From positions 54,569 to 118,568 of IMG/VR virus record IMGVR_UViG_3300011006_000010: 64,000 nucleotides of DNA; one strand, 5' to 3'. Numbering within the stretch: the stretch's first letter is position 1; each line of letters starts with the position of its first letter. The translations under genes were made by a program, and so were the position numbers. This stretch comes from a virus (taxonomy: Duplodnaviria > Caudoviricetes). Positions 1 to 10,178 of the stretch are shown piece by piece. The notes beneath the pieces are model-generated. The model ran no database searches, was not told the origin of the DNA, and saw only the letters and a program-made list of their open reading frames with translations.

Positions 1-8
1 CAACTACG

Positions 9-1703
9 TTGGCTAATTTCACTAGTTCAAATCTTAGTTATTATTATGGCACAACTGGTAAGACGGCAATGTCTCTTGGAACTTCAAATCTTACATTTTA
101 TGAGACTGACGGCTCTACTGTTGCTGCAACGTTAGGTAGTAACGGACTGGCAATTTCGGCGGGTAGTATTTCTTTAGGCAATAATTTTTCAGTAGATTCT
201 ACTGGAAGTATTTCTGCATCAGACGGAACTATTGGCGGATGGAATATCTCAAATTCATCACTTGTTGGATACTCAACAGATGCAACGCCGCCAAGCTTAG
301 CAATGTACTCAGGCAATACAACATCTACGCCAAGAACAGCGTTTATTGGTTCTATGGGTATTTACGGTAAAAATCTGGTAGCTGGAACAATTACTACGCC
401 TAAAATTTCAGGCGGTAAATCTAAAACGATCACTGTAAACTTTGCAGATTTCTCAGCTGACGGAACTAGTCCATTCACACAGATTCCTATCGTTGTTGTA
501 TGTCCAAGGTCATCAGCGCCTTGGAACTGTGTTGCTGGAGCTTATGACATTACAACCACATCGTTTAAATGCACGATCAAAAACGAGTCATCAACAAGTA
601 TGAAGCGTTCAGTAAACTTTATTGCGTATGCATATGATAGCGGATGGACAAACAGAGAGGTTGATGATGATGGAAACTGGAGCACGATCACAGATGTGGA
701 CGTAAGCACAAGATATGTAAATGGTATTGACGCTGGAAACGTTGAAAGTCCAATGGACAAAAAACAAGTCACCGACATTGACTTTAGTTTAACAGAGCTT
801 ACTGCAAGTGGCGGAACATCTTATTACCCTATTACCGGTGCTGCATCATCTGGTAGATCTATATTCTTTGCTACAAGCAGAACCACAGTTCCATATTCTA
901 TATTAAGGAATCCAGCTATCTCTGCCGTATATGATAGCACTACAGAAAAAAGCACATATCAAATAAGTGCGTACAGAACAAATACGACGAATTCAATATT
1001 TAACTGGATCGGCATAGACATAAGCAGAACAGATGGTCTTGCTGCCTCGTTGAAAAAGTTTGCAGGTGATACTAGTAGTAATTATATTTATGCAGCTGCA
1101 ACCGAATTAAATATCACAACTACTAGCACAAGTTCTGTAGCCTCTACAACATGGACTTATGGTGGCACGTTTAGAAATAAACCTTATATTATTACGTGCG
1201 TCCTTGATTCGGATGAACCACAGAATGTATATTGCTCGGCTTCGACGTATAGCAATTCGGATACAACTGTAACTTCTGCTAAAATCTACGCAATTAATAC
1301 AAGCACGGTAGGCACCGTAAAAGTTGCGTGCCTTGCTCTTGATCTTGCAGGTGTCTTGAGTATGTCTGGAGATACTGAAGTTTCCGAATACATTCAGTGC
1401 GGTCAGATAAGCATTACACCGAAGGCAAATACACCAACCAGTAAAACACTCACATTCCCAACAAGGTTCGGAGGCACACCAATTGTAATCTGCGGATGTG
1501 CTGGAACAGTTCCTGGAACAACCGTTAAGGGTTGGGGCGTGACGAGCGTCAGTAGTAAAAGCGCAAAGTTCTGGACATACAGAACGAACACAACGGCTGT
1601 TGTATTAAACTGGGTTGCTGTTGATATCGGGGCAATTCTTGCCAAAGACGTCGACAACTATACAGATACAAATGACGCAGAAGGCGAAGAAGATGAAACA
1701 TAA
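9..1703 (+). CDS. Tail fibre / distal tail protein C-terminal part with repeated H-type-lectin-like (gp53-like) modules; probably truncated at the window start
   Basis: S/T-rich; GTIGGWNI tail motif; repeated 'TF...PIVI/VVV' modules ending 'NWIGID/NWVAVD'; frame is open to the window edge. Confidence 0.65.
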   Translation: MANFTSSNLSYYYGTTGKTAMSLGTSNLTFYETDGSTVAATLGSNGLAISAGSISLGNNFSVDSTGSISASDGTIGGWNISNSSLVGYSTDATPPSLAMYSGNTTSTPRTAFIGSMGIYGKNLVAGTITTPKISGGKSKTITVNFADFSADGTSPFTQIPIVVVCPRSSAPWNCVAGAYDITTTSFKCTIKNESSTSMKRSVNFIAYAYDSGWTNREVDDDGNWSTITDVDVSTRYVNGIDAGNVESPMDKKQVTDIDFSLTELTASGGTSYYPITGAASSGRSIFFATSRTTVPYSILRNPAISAVYDSTTEKSTYQISAYRTNTTNSIFNWIGIDISRTDGLAASLKKFAGDTSSNYIYAAATELNITTTSTSSVASTTWTYGGTFRNKPYIITCVLDSDEPQNVYCSASTYSNSDTTVTSAKIYAINTSTVGTVKVACLALDLAGVLSMSGDTEVSEYIQCGQISITPKANTPTSKTLTFPTRFGGTPIVICGCAGTVPGTTVKGWGVTSVSSKSAKFWTYRTNTTAVVLNWVAVDIGAILAKDVDNYTDTNDAEGEEDET

Positions 1704-1715
1704 TACTAAAATCAC

Positions 1716-1741
1716 AGAGACACCGTGCGGGTGTCTCTTTT
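1716..1741 (+). terminator. Intrinsic terminator
   Basis: AGAGACACC-loop-GGTGTCTCT followed by TTT. Confidence 0.75.
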
Positions 1742-1770
1742 CAATCTATGGAAACGAAGGAGGAGTCTAA

Positions 1771-2112
1771 ATGATTTCTATCGATTCAACCACTAATAAA
1801 ATCACGATGACACGCTCAGACTCTTTGATCGTGACTGTAACTCCATATACTTCTGACGGTGAAGTCTATGAACCTGATGAAGGCGATTATATTCGCTTTG
1901 CCATGTCAAAGAAATACCTTGGACAAAGCGGTTATCAGCTATGTGTTACCAAGGAGATTCCTACTGACACATTCATTCTGGAACTGGAGCCAGAAGATAC
2001 GAGCGCTCTTGCATACGGCACGTACAACTACGATATTGAGCTGACACATGCGGACGGCAGAGTCGATACATATATTTCTTCAACGATCACTCTAAATAAA
2101 GAGGTGAAGTAG
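1771..2112 (+). CDS. BppU-N-like baseplate/tail adaptor protein
   Basis: 'ITMTRSDS...LEPEDT..LAYGTYNYDIEL....GRVDT' pattern; GGAGG RBS. Confidence 0.6.
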   Translation: MISIDSTTNKITMTRSDSLIVTVTPYTSDGEVYEPDEGDYIRFAMSKKYLGQSGYQLCVTKEIPTDTFILELEPEDTSALAYGTYNYDIELTHADGRVDTYISSTITLNKEVK

Positions 2113-2113
2113 G

Positions 2114-2374
2114 ATGAACGGAAATGTTACCCTGAATGGTACGTTAAGCGGCACATTGGTTTCATCCTCTGATGGTCTTTCTGGAACGCTGTCAGGCGGA
2201 TCAATGAATGGAACACTGACAGTCCCTGCATCACTTGCCTCAAACAAAGACTACGAAAAGCTAAAAAACAAGCCTCAAATCGAGACAGTTGAGCTTGTAG
2301 GGAACAAATCGTTTGAAGACCTTGGGTTACAGCCTATCGAGAATACGGAGTTAATGGAGTTACTTACATTATAA
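2114..2374 (+). CDS. Small tail-associated protein
   Basis: 'DYEKLKNKPQIETVELVGNKSFEDLGL' motif typical of Firmicutes phage fibre genes. Confidence 0.6.
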   Translation: MNGNVTLNGTLSGTLVSSSDGLSGTLSGGSMNGTLTVPASLASNKDYEKLKNKPQIETVELVGNKSFEDLGLQPIENTELMELLTL

Positions 2375-2387
2375 GGGGGATTTATAT

Positions 2388-3434
2388 ATGGCATTAAAAT
2401 ACTTAGATTATAACGGTGTTGCATATTTGTGGCAGAAGATCATCAATGCTTTAAACGGGAAGGTCGACACAGAGACAGGTAAAGGCTTGTCGTCTAACGA
2501 TTACACTTCCAGTGAAAAGACTAAACTTGCTAATGTAGAATCCGGCGCACAGGTAAACGTTTTGGAAGGCATTCAGAAAAACGGCACAACCGTTACTATT
2601 ACAAATAAGATCGCAAATATTTCTGTACCAACAGCCACAAGTGATCTAACAAACGACAGCGGATTCATCACTTCAGCAGACGTTCCAGATGGTGCAGCAG
2701 CATCTACCGCTACACCATTGATGGATGGCACTGCAGCAGTCGGCACATCAACAGCATTCGCGAGAGGAGACCACGTTCACCCAACAGACACATCAAGAGC
2801 AAGCGCAAGTGACCTGAGCGCTCTTGACACTAGAGTTGGAACCTTGGAAACGGCTGTAGGAACTGGCGGTTCAGTCGATACTAAAATTCAGACAGCTATT
2901 GAAGATCTTGATTCAAGTATCGCTTCGACATCGAATCAGGCTATCGCCTCTGTAACAGTTGTAGATGGTAAGATTACAAACAGTACAAAAATCACCGTTC
3001 CAACAAATAACAACCAGCTGACAAATGGCGCCGGATATCAGACCGCAAGCGATGTTTCTACTGCAATTGCAGGTAAAGCCGATTCTGCTACTACTCTTTC
3101 AGGTTATGGCATCACAGATGCTTACACTCAGACCCAGGTACAGAATTATGTTGCAGGTCTAGGATATCAGACTGCAAGTGATGTATCATCTGCTATTTCC
3201 TCAGCGATTACTACAGTAATGGATTACAAAGGCACTGTTGCTACAGTTGCAGCTCTTCCTGCAACAGGAAACAAGAATGGTGATGTGTACCATGTTACGG
3301 CAAACAACGGTGAATATGCATGGGATGGTTCTACATGGCAGGAGCTGGGTTCTACAATCGACCTGAGTGGCTACGTTGAAGATTCAGACCTTGTGTCTAT
3401 TACAAACGCAGAAATCGACACAATCACAGCATAG
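2388..3434 (+). CDS. Head/tail fibre protein
   Basis: 'KYLDYNG', 'GKGLSSNDYT', 'FARGDHVHPTD', 'TSDLTNDSGFIT' fibre motifs. Confidence 0.65.
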   Translation: MALKYLDYNGVAYLWQKIINALNGKVDTETGKGLSSNDYTSSEKTKLANVESGAQVNVLEGIQKNGTTVTITNKIANISVPTATSDLTNDSGFITSADVPDGAAASTATPLMDGTAAVGTSTAFARGDHVHPTDTSRASASDLSALDTRVGTLETAVGTGGSVDTKIQTAIEDLDSSIASTSNQAIASVTVVDGKITNSTKITVPTNNNQLTNGAGYQTASDVSTAIAGKADSATTLSGYGITDAYTQTQVQNYVAGLGYQTASDVSSAISSAITTVMDYKGTVATVAALPATGNKNGDVYHVTANNGEYAWDGSTWQELGSTIDLSGYVEDSDLVSITNAEIDTITA

Positions 3435-3452
3435 TAAAGGAGGCTATTCAAA

Positions 3453-4325
3453 ATGGCTTCTAAAAAATACTTAGACTATAATGGGTTGTCTCATCTGTGG
3501 GAGAAGATTGAAGATGCAGTAGATGATCGCATCCCTATGTGGAATGGCAATATGCTTGTAAATAACGATGGCGATACAAATGGCTTTTTTGTCGAATATG
3601 AAGAACGTAATTTGATTTGGGCTTGGTGTGATAATGGTTCACTAAAGACGCAAATTCATTATCTGGCTACACCAACCGCAGATACCGATGCCGCAAATAA
3701 AGCTTACGTTGATAGCGCAGTATCTGGTATTACCATTCCTACTAAAACATCCGATTTAACAAACGACAGTGGGTTTATAACCACCAACGATGTTCCAGAT
3801 GAGGTTATGATAGTCAGTTTAACTTATGACGATAGCTATTATGCGAATAAAACTTTTTCTCAAATCTATTCTCATCTTCAAGCAGGTGGTACGGCGATTC
3901 TGTCTTACTCTGAGGATGGAATGACTTCGTATTATCCTATTATTTGGTATGACAATACTGAACTATATTTTGCTGATACTTCGTACGATTCCAATGGGAT
4001 GTCTTATTCTTTATCTAACACTGCCTACTCCATTTCATCCAGTAATGTAATCACTGGCACAGGGGCGTCGTGGACACCACCTACAATCACACTGAATGGT
4101 GCGAGTTCAGGCGATTCATTAAATTTTTATGCTCCAACAACCGCAGGCACTTCAGGACAATTCTTGAAGTCAAACGGAAGTGGCGCTCCGACTTGGCAAA
4201 CTCTAAACATCCCTACCGTTCCTACCTATACCCTTTCAATCTCAAATGGCGCAATCACATTGACAGGATCAGATGGCTCTACAACCAGTGCATCTCTTCC
4301 TGTCTATACAGGGAGTGTAACATAA
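3453..4325 (+). CDS. Fibre protein, paralogue of 2388-3434
   Basis: Shares 'KYLDYNG' and 'TSDLTNDSGFIT..DVP'; also 'DAANKAYVD'. Confidence 0.6.
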   Translation: MASKKYLDYNGLSHLWEKIEDAVDDRIPMWNGNMLVNNDGDTNGFFVEYEERNLIWAWCDNGSLKTQIHYLATPTADTDAANKAYVDSAVSGITIPTKTSDLTNDSGFITTNDVPDEVMIVSLTYDDSYYANKTFSQIYSHLQAGGTAILSYSEDGMTSYYPIIWYDNTELYFADTSYDSNGMSYSLSNTAYSISSSNVITGTGASWTPPTITLNGASSGDSLNFYAPTTAGTSGQFLKSNGSGAPTWQTLNIPTVPTYTLSISNGAITLTGSDGSTTSASLPVYTGSVT

Positions 4326-5735
4326 ATGGCAACAACAGTAACATATAACGGCAATACGATCACCACGGTAGAAAATAATACCAAGACGTTGAATACTGCA
4401 GGGACGTATATGCCGTATGATGTGGTGGTCAATGATGTTAGTGGTACTAAAGATGGCGAGACCTATCAGGATGAAACTAATTTTGTCGTTTTAGATGATG
4501 ACAATGGAAATTATCCCGATCTTGAATTGTTAAACGTTGCCACGAATGGAACATATACCGCAGAATCGGGCAAGGCATACAACTCTGTAACTGTAAACGT
4601 AGACAAGGCTCTGGCGTTTCTTCAAGGAACTCTTACAGAAGCTACAACAAAAGATATGAGTGGTATAACAAATATTGGATACGCTTCGTTTTACAACGAA
4701 AGAAATCTAGCAAGCATCGATTTATCTGAAGTTACAGCAATTGGTACAGATGCTTTTTATAACTGCAACGGGGCAGCAATTGATTTGGTTATTCCAGAGA
4801 GTACTGTGTATTTGGGTTCAGCTGCGTTTAGATATTTCAAAGCATTAAAGTCTGTAGAAATGTACGGCGAGAAGATATTTGCTAATATATATGGAACTGA
4901 TGTGTCTTCTAGTGATGGAAGTAATATGTTCAGAGGATGTACTAGCTTGGAGAGTGTCGCTGTTTATGATCATAGAAATTTTAATGGGAATGGCTACATC
5001 TGTGGCGGATGTACCTCTCTTACAGATTTTTATGCTCCCAGGATGACAAATCTTCAACCTGCGTTTTTCATTGATGATACGGCGTTAAAAAGAGTCGCTT
5101 TCCCAGCAGTATATGCATGTTATGCATCTGTTTTTTCGGGATGCACATCTTTAGAGAAAGTCGATTTTGGGGTACGCACACAGTTTTTTAGATATAACCT
5201 TTTCTTAAACTGCACTGCGTTAAACACCATCGTTCTTAGGGGAACAACCTTAACGTCGCTCACCCCACTAACGGTATTTACAAATAGCAGTTTTTCCGAA
5301 GGCGGTGCTGGCGGTACAATTTACATCCCCGAAGTTTTATACAACGAACTTGGGACTGGCTCATCTTTAGATTATAAATCTGCAACGAACTGGAGCACGA
5401 TCGATGGTTACGGAACTATAACATGGGCAAAGATAGAAGGATCTGAATATGAGCATTATTATGTGGATGGACGAGGCGTTCTTCAAACAGTAACACTCAA
5501 TCTGACAAACTGTAGTGTTTCAAATACATTAGCTCATTATGGGTCTTCAATGGAAACTTATCTCACTCCTGATGATGGATATGTCATAGACGCTGATTCC
5601 ATTGAAATAACAATGGGCGGAACTGACATCACAGACCTTTGTCATATCATTGAAACTGACGGTGTATATAGTGCGTCAATCGAATCGATTACTGATGCGA
5701 TTACGATTACGGCAACGGCAGAGGTGATAACGTGA
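4326..5735 (+). CDS. BspA-like leucine-rich-repeat (LRR_5) virion adhesin
   Basis: Repeated 'F.GCTSL..V' units; 'GTIYIP...YK.ATNW' cap. Confidence 0.75.
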   Translation: MATTVTYNGNTITTVENNTKTLNTAGTYMPYDVVVNDVSGTKDGETYQDETNFVVLDDDNGNYPDLELLNVATNGTYTAESGKAYNSVTVNVDKALAFLQGTLTEATTKDMSGITNIGYASFYNERNLASIDLSEVTAIGTDAFYNCNGAAIDLVIPESTVYLGSAAFRYFKALKSVEMYGEKIFANIYGTDVSSSDGSNMFRGCTSLESVAVYDHRNFNGNGYICGGCTSLTDFYAPRMTNLQPAFFIDDTALKRVAFPAVYACYASVFSGCTSLEKVDFGVRTQFFRYNLFLNCTALNTIVLRGTTLTSLTPLTVFTNSSFSEGGAGGTIYIPEVLYNELGTGSSLDYKSATNWSTIDGYGTITWAKIEGSEYEHYYVDGRGVLQTVTLNLTNCSVSNTLAHYGSSMETYLTPDDGYVIDADSIEITMGGTDITDLCHIIETDGVYSASIESITDAITITATAEVIT

Positions 5736-7270
5736 GTAGTATAATATCTTATAAAAATGAGACTCTTGTTGCACTTAGTAACGGAACGAAAACTTTGAAT
5801 ACCGCATCAAAATACATGGAAGATAATATTGTAGTCTCAAACGTGATTGCTAATGACGAATCGATCTATCAAGATGCCGATGGATATATTGTGTTGGCTA
5901 GCGGACAGGGGTCACATGTTCATACAGAAGTACTCGTTCCAGAAGAAAATGGTACATATGAAGCTGAAATTGGCACTGCCTACGATGTGGTCAATGTCGA
6001 TGTTGACGGCTTTAATGATTTTATAAAGTCGGTAATACAGAGAACAGTCACGTCGATTACACCAGAAGATATTCAGAGCACAACTTCGCTGAGAGCACAT
6101 ATATTCAGAGCATGTCACTATCTTGAGTCGGCGGATATAAGCTGTGTAACCACGTTCTTGTCCAACGGATATCAGTTGAGTGGATGTTCGAGTCTAAAAT
6201 GGGTTAAAGCAGACCTGCTAAACACATTGTCTGGCGGTTATTTTTTTCAAAACGGAACAAGTCTGACAGATATATACATACCGAAAGCTAGTGCGGGAAT
6301 ATACACTCTGCGTGGTTGTACATCTCTAGTCAGAATATTTCTACCATTTCTTGGAAGCACAAAGACGGTTGGAGATCATGCTTTTAATGGATGCACATCA
6401 TTGTCTCACGTCGATTTGGGTGCATGTACATCAATTGCTGCTAATGCATTTTATAATTGTTCAACCTTGAACACCTTGATTTTGAGACGAACAGGAGCCG
6501 TGACTTCGTTATCTAACATTAGTGCTTTCACAGGCACACCATTTGCGAGCGGTGGCACTGGAGGGACTATATATGTTCCCTCTACATTGATAGATACATA
6601 TAAAGCTGCGACCAACTGGACTACCGTAGATGGCTACGGCACGATAACGTGGGAAGCAATCGAAGGAAGCATATATGAAAATTTATATGAGATCAAAAGA
6701 ACGTTAACAAACTGTTCTTCGAGCTGCATGACGTTTTACGCCTACGACGGAGAAAGCTACATCACAAATATTGTTGCAGATGACGGATGTTCTTTTAGTA
6801 CCATTGAAACAATTATGGACGAAGAAGACATTAGTGACACATGTTACTTAAATGGGACAATTACAATCAATTCTATTACTGGAAATATTAATATTACAGC
6901 AACGGCTCAAGCAAGCGATAATTTAATTAATGTATCTACATTGACTCTTTCAGGTAAGACAGAAGTAGGTGGCTACGTCATATCGAGCACCTATCCGTTC
7001 ACTGATTTTATGGAGATCACTCCTTCTACTACCTATTACGTAAACATTAACAGAAATTTAAAGGATGACACAAAAGAATGGAATCAGGTTCTCTTTTATT
7101 ATGATTCAGAGAAAAATTATTTGAGCAGAACAAATCTCCAGGACAATTATTCTTATGGGATAATGACAACAAGAGAATCTCCAGAGGGCGCATATTATGC
7201 TAGAATCAGATATCATTCCAGCGGAAATGAACATCCGTACTATGGGTTATCTGGCGAGCTATGGAAATAA
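5732..7270 (+). CDS. BspA-like LRR_5 virion adhesin
   Basis: 'AFNGCTSLSHVDL', 'AFYNCSTL', 'GTIYVP...YKAATNW'. Confidence 0.75.
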   Translation: MSSIISYKNETLVALSNGTKTLNTASKYMEDNIVVSNVIANDESIYQDADGYIVLASGQGSHVHTEVLVPEENGTYEAEIGTAYDVVNVDVDGFNDFIKSVIQRTVTSITPEDIQSTTSLRAHIFRACHYLESADISCVTTFLSNGYQLSGCSSLKWVKADLLNTLSGGYFFQNGTSLTDIYIPKASAGIYTLRGCTSLVRIFLPFLGSTKTVGDHAFNGCTSLSHVDLGACTSIAANAFYNCSTLNTLILRRTGAVTSLSNISAFTGTPFASGGTGGTIYVPSTLIDTYKAATNWTTVDGYGTITWEAIEGSIYENLYEIKRTLTNCSSSCMTFYAYDGESYITNIVADDGCSFSTIETIMDEEDISDTCYLNGTITINSITGNINITATAQASDNLINVSTLTLSGKTEVGGYVISSTYPFTDFMEITPSTTYYVNINRNLKDDTKEWNQVLFYYDSEKNYLSRTNLQDNYSYGIMTTRESPEGAYYARIRYHSSGNEHPYYGLSGELWK

Positions 7271-7290
7271 AGATGAGGTGATAAGGTTAT

Positions 7291-8664
7291 ATGAGTGACA
7301 CACTTAGAATTTTTGGGAAAACTTATAATAATGCCACTGGCATTAAAGCTCAGGATGCAAATGGTAATACTCTAGTTTTTACCAGAGGCAATTCTGTTGT
7401 CGTTAGCGATAGTTCAAATGCAACTGGCACTACGGCAAATGTAACTACGAACAACGCCGTGGTATTGGGACAAAAAACAGTCACAGAAAGTGGCACGTAT
7501 GATCCAAGCGATGAGGATTTAGATGGCTACTCTGAAGTTGTAGTAGACGTTAATTATAATTCCAGCAGAACTATTCTTTTGAACAATACATTAATCTATA
7601 ATGCTTCAGGACAAACATTGAATGAAGTGGCAAACAGCTCCGCCAATTCCTCAATAGAAACAATAGTTGTTACGGGGACTCTTGGCACTAATGCGGATAT
7701 GAATTCTGGTCAGGCTATTGATGCTTGGGAAAGTTCTTTCCCAAATTTAAAACGTCTAATAATCAAGCCGACGGCTATGACTAACGGGAATAATTATTTT
7801 AAATTTGGTCATTATGCATTCAACGGTCTTCCAAATCTGGAGTACCTTGAATTAGGAAGTAAGAATGGGATATATTTTGATTGGGCAGGCTACTATCAAC
7901 ACACTTCCACTCTTTATGTTGGTTCTGATGTTGGTTTGGAGATAGTCGTATATAGACCTTCGTATGCCAGCCAGGGTGGTTTTTCTTACGGAAAAGTAGC
8001 GCCATCAACAAAGCTGATTCAAATAAATTATCAGACTGGTGAAGTCATGAGAGGTGGAGATGTTCTTTGGACATCAAGCGGGTTAGCAAACGGCACCGAA
8101 CCGAGTGGCGATGTCACTATAAGCGCAATAGATACTGTTGCGTATGGATTAGCTTTTAGACCGGCAATAACATCAGTCACGTATAATGGCACAGATGAGT
8201 GGTTTGGCAACTATTTGTTTTCGGGTTGCACATCAATGACACGATTCTACGCGCCAAACATGACGTCTATGAGGACGAGCATATATGGAATAACTCAGTA
8301 TCCATTTCAAAATTGCAGCGCTTTAACGGATTTTGATGCACCAAATTTCGCAGATGTCTTGCCTAACTATTGTTTTAAGGGTTGCTCATCTTTAGTAACT
8401 ATCGATTTGGCATATTGTACTAAAATACAAACATCTTTTAACGAATGTACCGCATTACGAAACATCATATTGCGAAGCTCAAGTGTATGCACGCTTGCAG
8501 ATTATGGCGTAGCTGCGTTAAGTGGCATTTATAACAATCCGACTGAATCAACGATTTATGTACCTAGCGAGTTAATATCATCATATCAGACGGCGACTAA
8601 TTGGGCTTTGGCATATGAGGCGGGTGTGACTTTTACAGCCATCGAAGGAAGTGACTACGAATGA
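7291..8664 (+). CDS. BspA-like LRR_5 virion adhesin
   Basis: 'FSGCTSM', 'FQNCSAL', 'FKGCSSL', 'TIYVP...YQTATNW'. Confidence 0.7.
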   Translation: MSDTLRIFGKTYNNATGIKAQDANGNTLVFTRGNSVVVSDSSNATGTTANVTTNNAVVLGQKTVTESGTYDPSDEDLDGYSEVVVDVNYNSSRTILLNNTLIYNASGQTLNEVANSSANSSIETIVVTGTLGTNADMNSGQAIDAWESSFPNLKRLIIKPTAMTNGNNYFKFGHYAFNGLPNLEYLELGSKNGIYFDWAGYYQHTSTLYVGSDVGLEIVVYRPSYASQGGFSYGKVAPSTKLIQINYQTGEVMRGGDVLWTSSGLANGTEPSGDVTISAIDTVAYGLAFRPAITSVTYNGTDEWFGNYLFSGCTSMTRFYAPNMTSMRTSIYGITQYPFQNCSALTDFDAPNFADVLPNYCFKGCSSLVTIDLAYCTKIQTSFNECTALRNIILRSSSVCTLADYGVAALSGIYNNPTESTIYVPSELISSYQTATNWALAYEAGVTFTAIEGSDYE

Positions 8665-9209
8665 TAAAGACAGAAACAATAACAATAAACAACAAAACCT
8701 TTTATCATACATATTCTAATTTAGGCTATCTTGTTCAAAGCGCTGATGGTAATTTATATAGCGATGCATACGATATTGTAAGAAAAACATATATAGAAAC
8801 AGATGAAATCGATCCTGATCAGAAAGAATTATTATACAGCGAAGCTGTAAACGCTCTTGTTTCTAATTTAGATGACGAACAGGCGTTAAATTCGCCTATT
8901 CTTTTTAACGAATGGGACATGACAAAAACATATAATGCAGGAGATAGAGTGTTGTATAACAGCACTCTATTTAAAGTTCTTCAGACTCATGAAGCGCAGG
9001 AAACTTGGACTCCATCTAACTCCCCTTCTTTATTTGCAGAAATTCTTGCGGGACAAGGTGGCACAGAAATTGGAGAGTGGTCGCAGCCTGATAGTACAAA
9101 TCCGTACATGACTGGAGACAAAGTTCTTTATAATGGAAAGACTTATGTCTCGACGATTGACAATAATGTTTGGGCACCTACCGTATACGGATGGGATGAG
9201 GTGGTATAA
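8661..9209 (+). CDS. Carbohydrate-binding (CBM5/12-like) tail protein
   Basis: 'YNAGDRVLYN...LFKVLQTH...WTP' and 'YMTGDKVLYNGKTYVSTIDNNVWAP..YGW'. Confidence 0.7.
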   Translation: MIKTETITINNKTFYHTYSNLGYLVQSADGNLYSDAYDIVRKTYIETDEIDPDQKELLYSEAVNALVSNLDDEQALNSPILFNEWDMTKTYNAGDRVLYNSTLFKVLQTHEAQETWTPSNSPSLFAEILAGQGGTEIGEWSQPDSTNPYMTGDKVLYNGKTYVSTIDNNVWAPTVYGWDEVV

Positions 9210-9211
9210 AA

Positions 9212-10168
9212 ATGCCTGAAACTGTTTATAACAAAGTAGTCATTGATGGCGCCACACTCATAGACCTTTCGGAAGATACGGTTACTAGCGCAGCACATAT
9301 TGTCAGCGGTAGAGTAGGACACCTTGCAGACGGATCGCAAGTTACGGGCACGTACTCAGGCGACGGTTCATCAACGCCGTCATTGCAGACAAAGTCGGTC
9401 TCCTATACTCCAACAGAAACGGCTCAGTCGGCTACCGTATCCGCAGATTCTGGCTATGACGGGCTGTCTTCTGTTGATATTTCAGTGGGAGCTATCTCGT
9501 CATCATATGTCGGCTCAGGAGTCGTGCAGAGAAGCTCTAGTGACTTAACCGCTTCTGGAGCTACTGTTACTGCTCCCGCTGGATATTATGCTTCAGCAGC
9601 CACTAAAACGACTTCTATCGGTACTGCAACTACACCGGCTACGACCATAACAGCAAATCCAACAATCTCTGTTTCCTCTGCAGGTCTGATAACGGCAACC
9701 ACTTCAGCAACGCAAAGCGTTACTCCAACAATATCTGCTGGTTATATTTCAGCAGGCACAGCGGGGACGATTACAGTAAGCGGAAGCAATACAAGTCAGC
9801 TGACAACAAAAGCTGCTGCAACATACAACACGTCATCTTCAGACCAGACGATTGCTTCAGATCAGTATCTGACGGGAGTGCAGACAATCAAGGCGGTAAC
9901 GACATCAAACATTACTGCCGCGAACGTCAAGGCAGGAACAACTGTAGAGGTCGGCGACAGCAACGACTCAGACAGAATCCTTAGTGTTGCAGGCACGTTC
10001 ACATCAGATGGTACAGCTAGTGCAAGCGATATTCTGAGTGGCGAGACAGCGTATGTCAACGGAAGCAAGCTGACAGGAACACTTGTCGTTCAGTCGTACT
10101 ACACAGGCAGTTCAGCGCCTTCTGCATCCCTAGGATCTGACGGTGATATTTACCTGCAGACAAGTTAG
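9212..10168 (+). CDS. Tail-associated S/T-rich protein
   Basis: 'NKVVIDGATLIDLSEDTVT', 'ASDILSGETAYVNGSKLTG' motifs. Confidence 0.6.
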   Translation: MPETVYNKVVIDGATLIDLSEDTVTSAAHIVSGRVGHLADGSQVTGTYSGDGSSTPSLQTKSVSYTPTETAQSATVSADSGYDGLSSVDISVGAISSSYVGSGVVQRSSSDLTASGATVTAPAGYYASAATKTTSIGTATTPATTITANPTISVSSAGLITATTSATQSVTPTISAGYISAGTAGTITVSGSNTSQLTTKAAATYNTSSSDQTIASDQYLTGVQTIKAVTTSNITAANVKAGTTVEVGDSNDSDRILSVAGTFTSDGTASASDILSGETAYVNGSKLTGTLVVQSYYTGSSAPSASLGSDGDIYLQTS

Positions 10169-10178
10169 GAGGTAGAGT

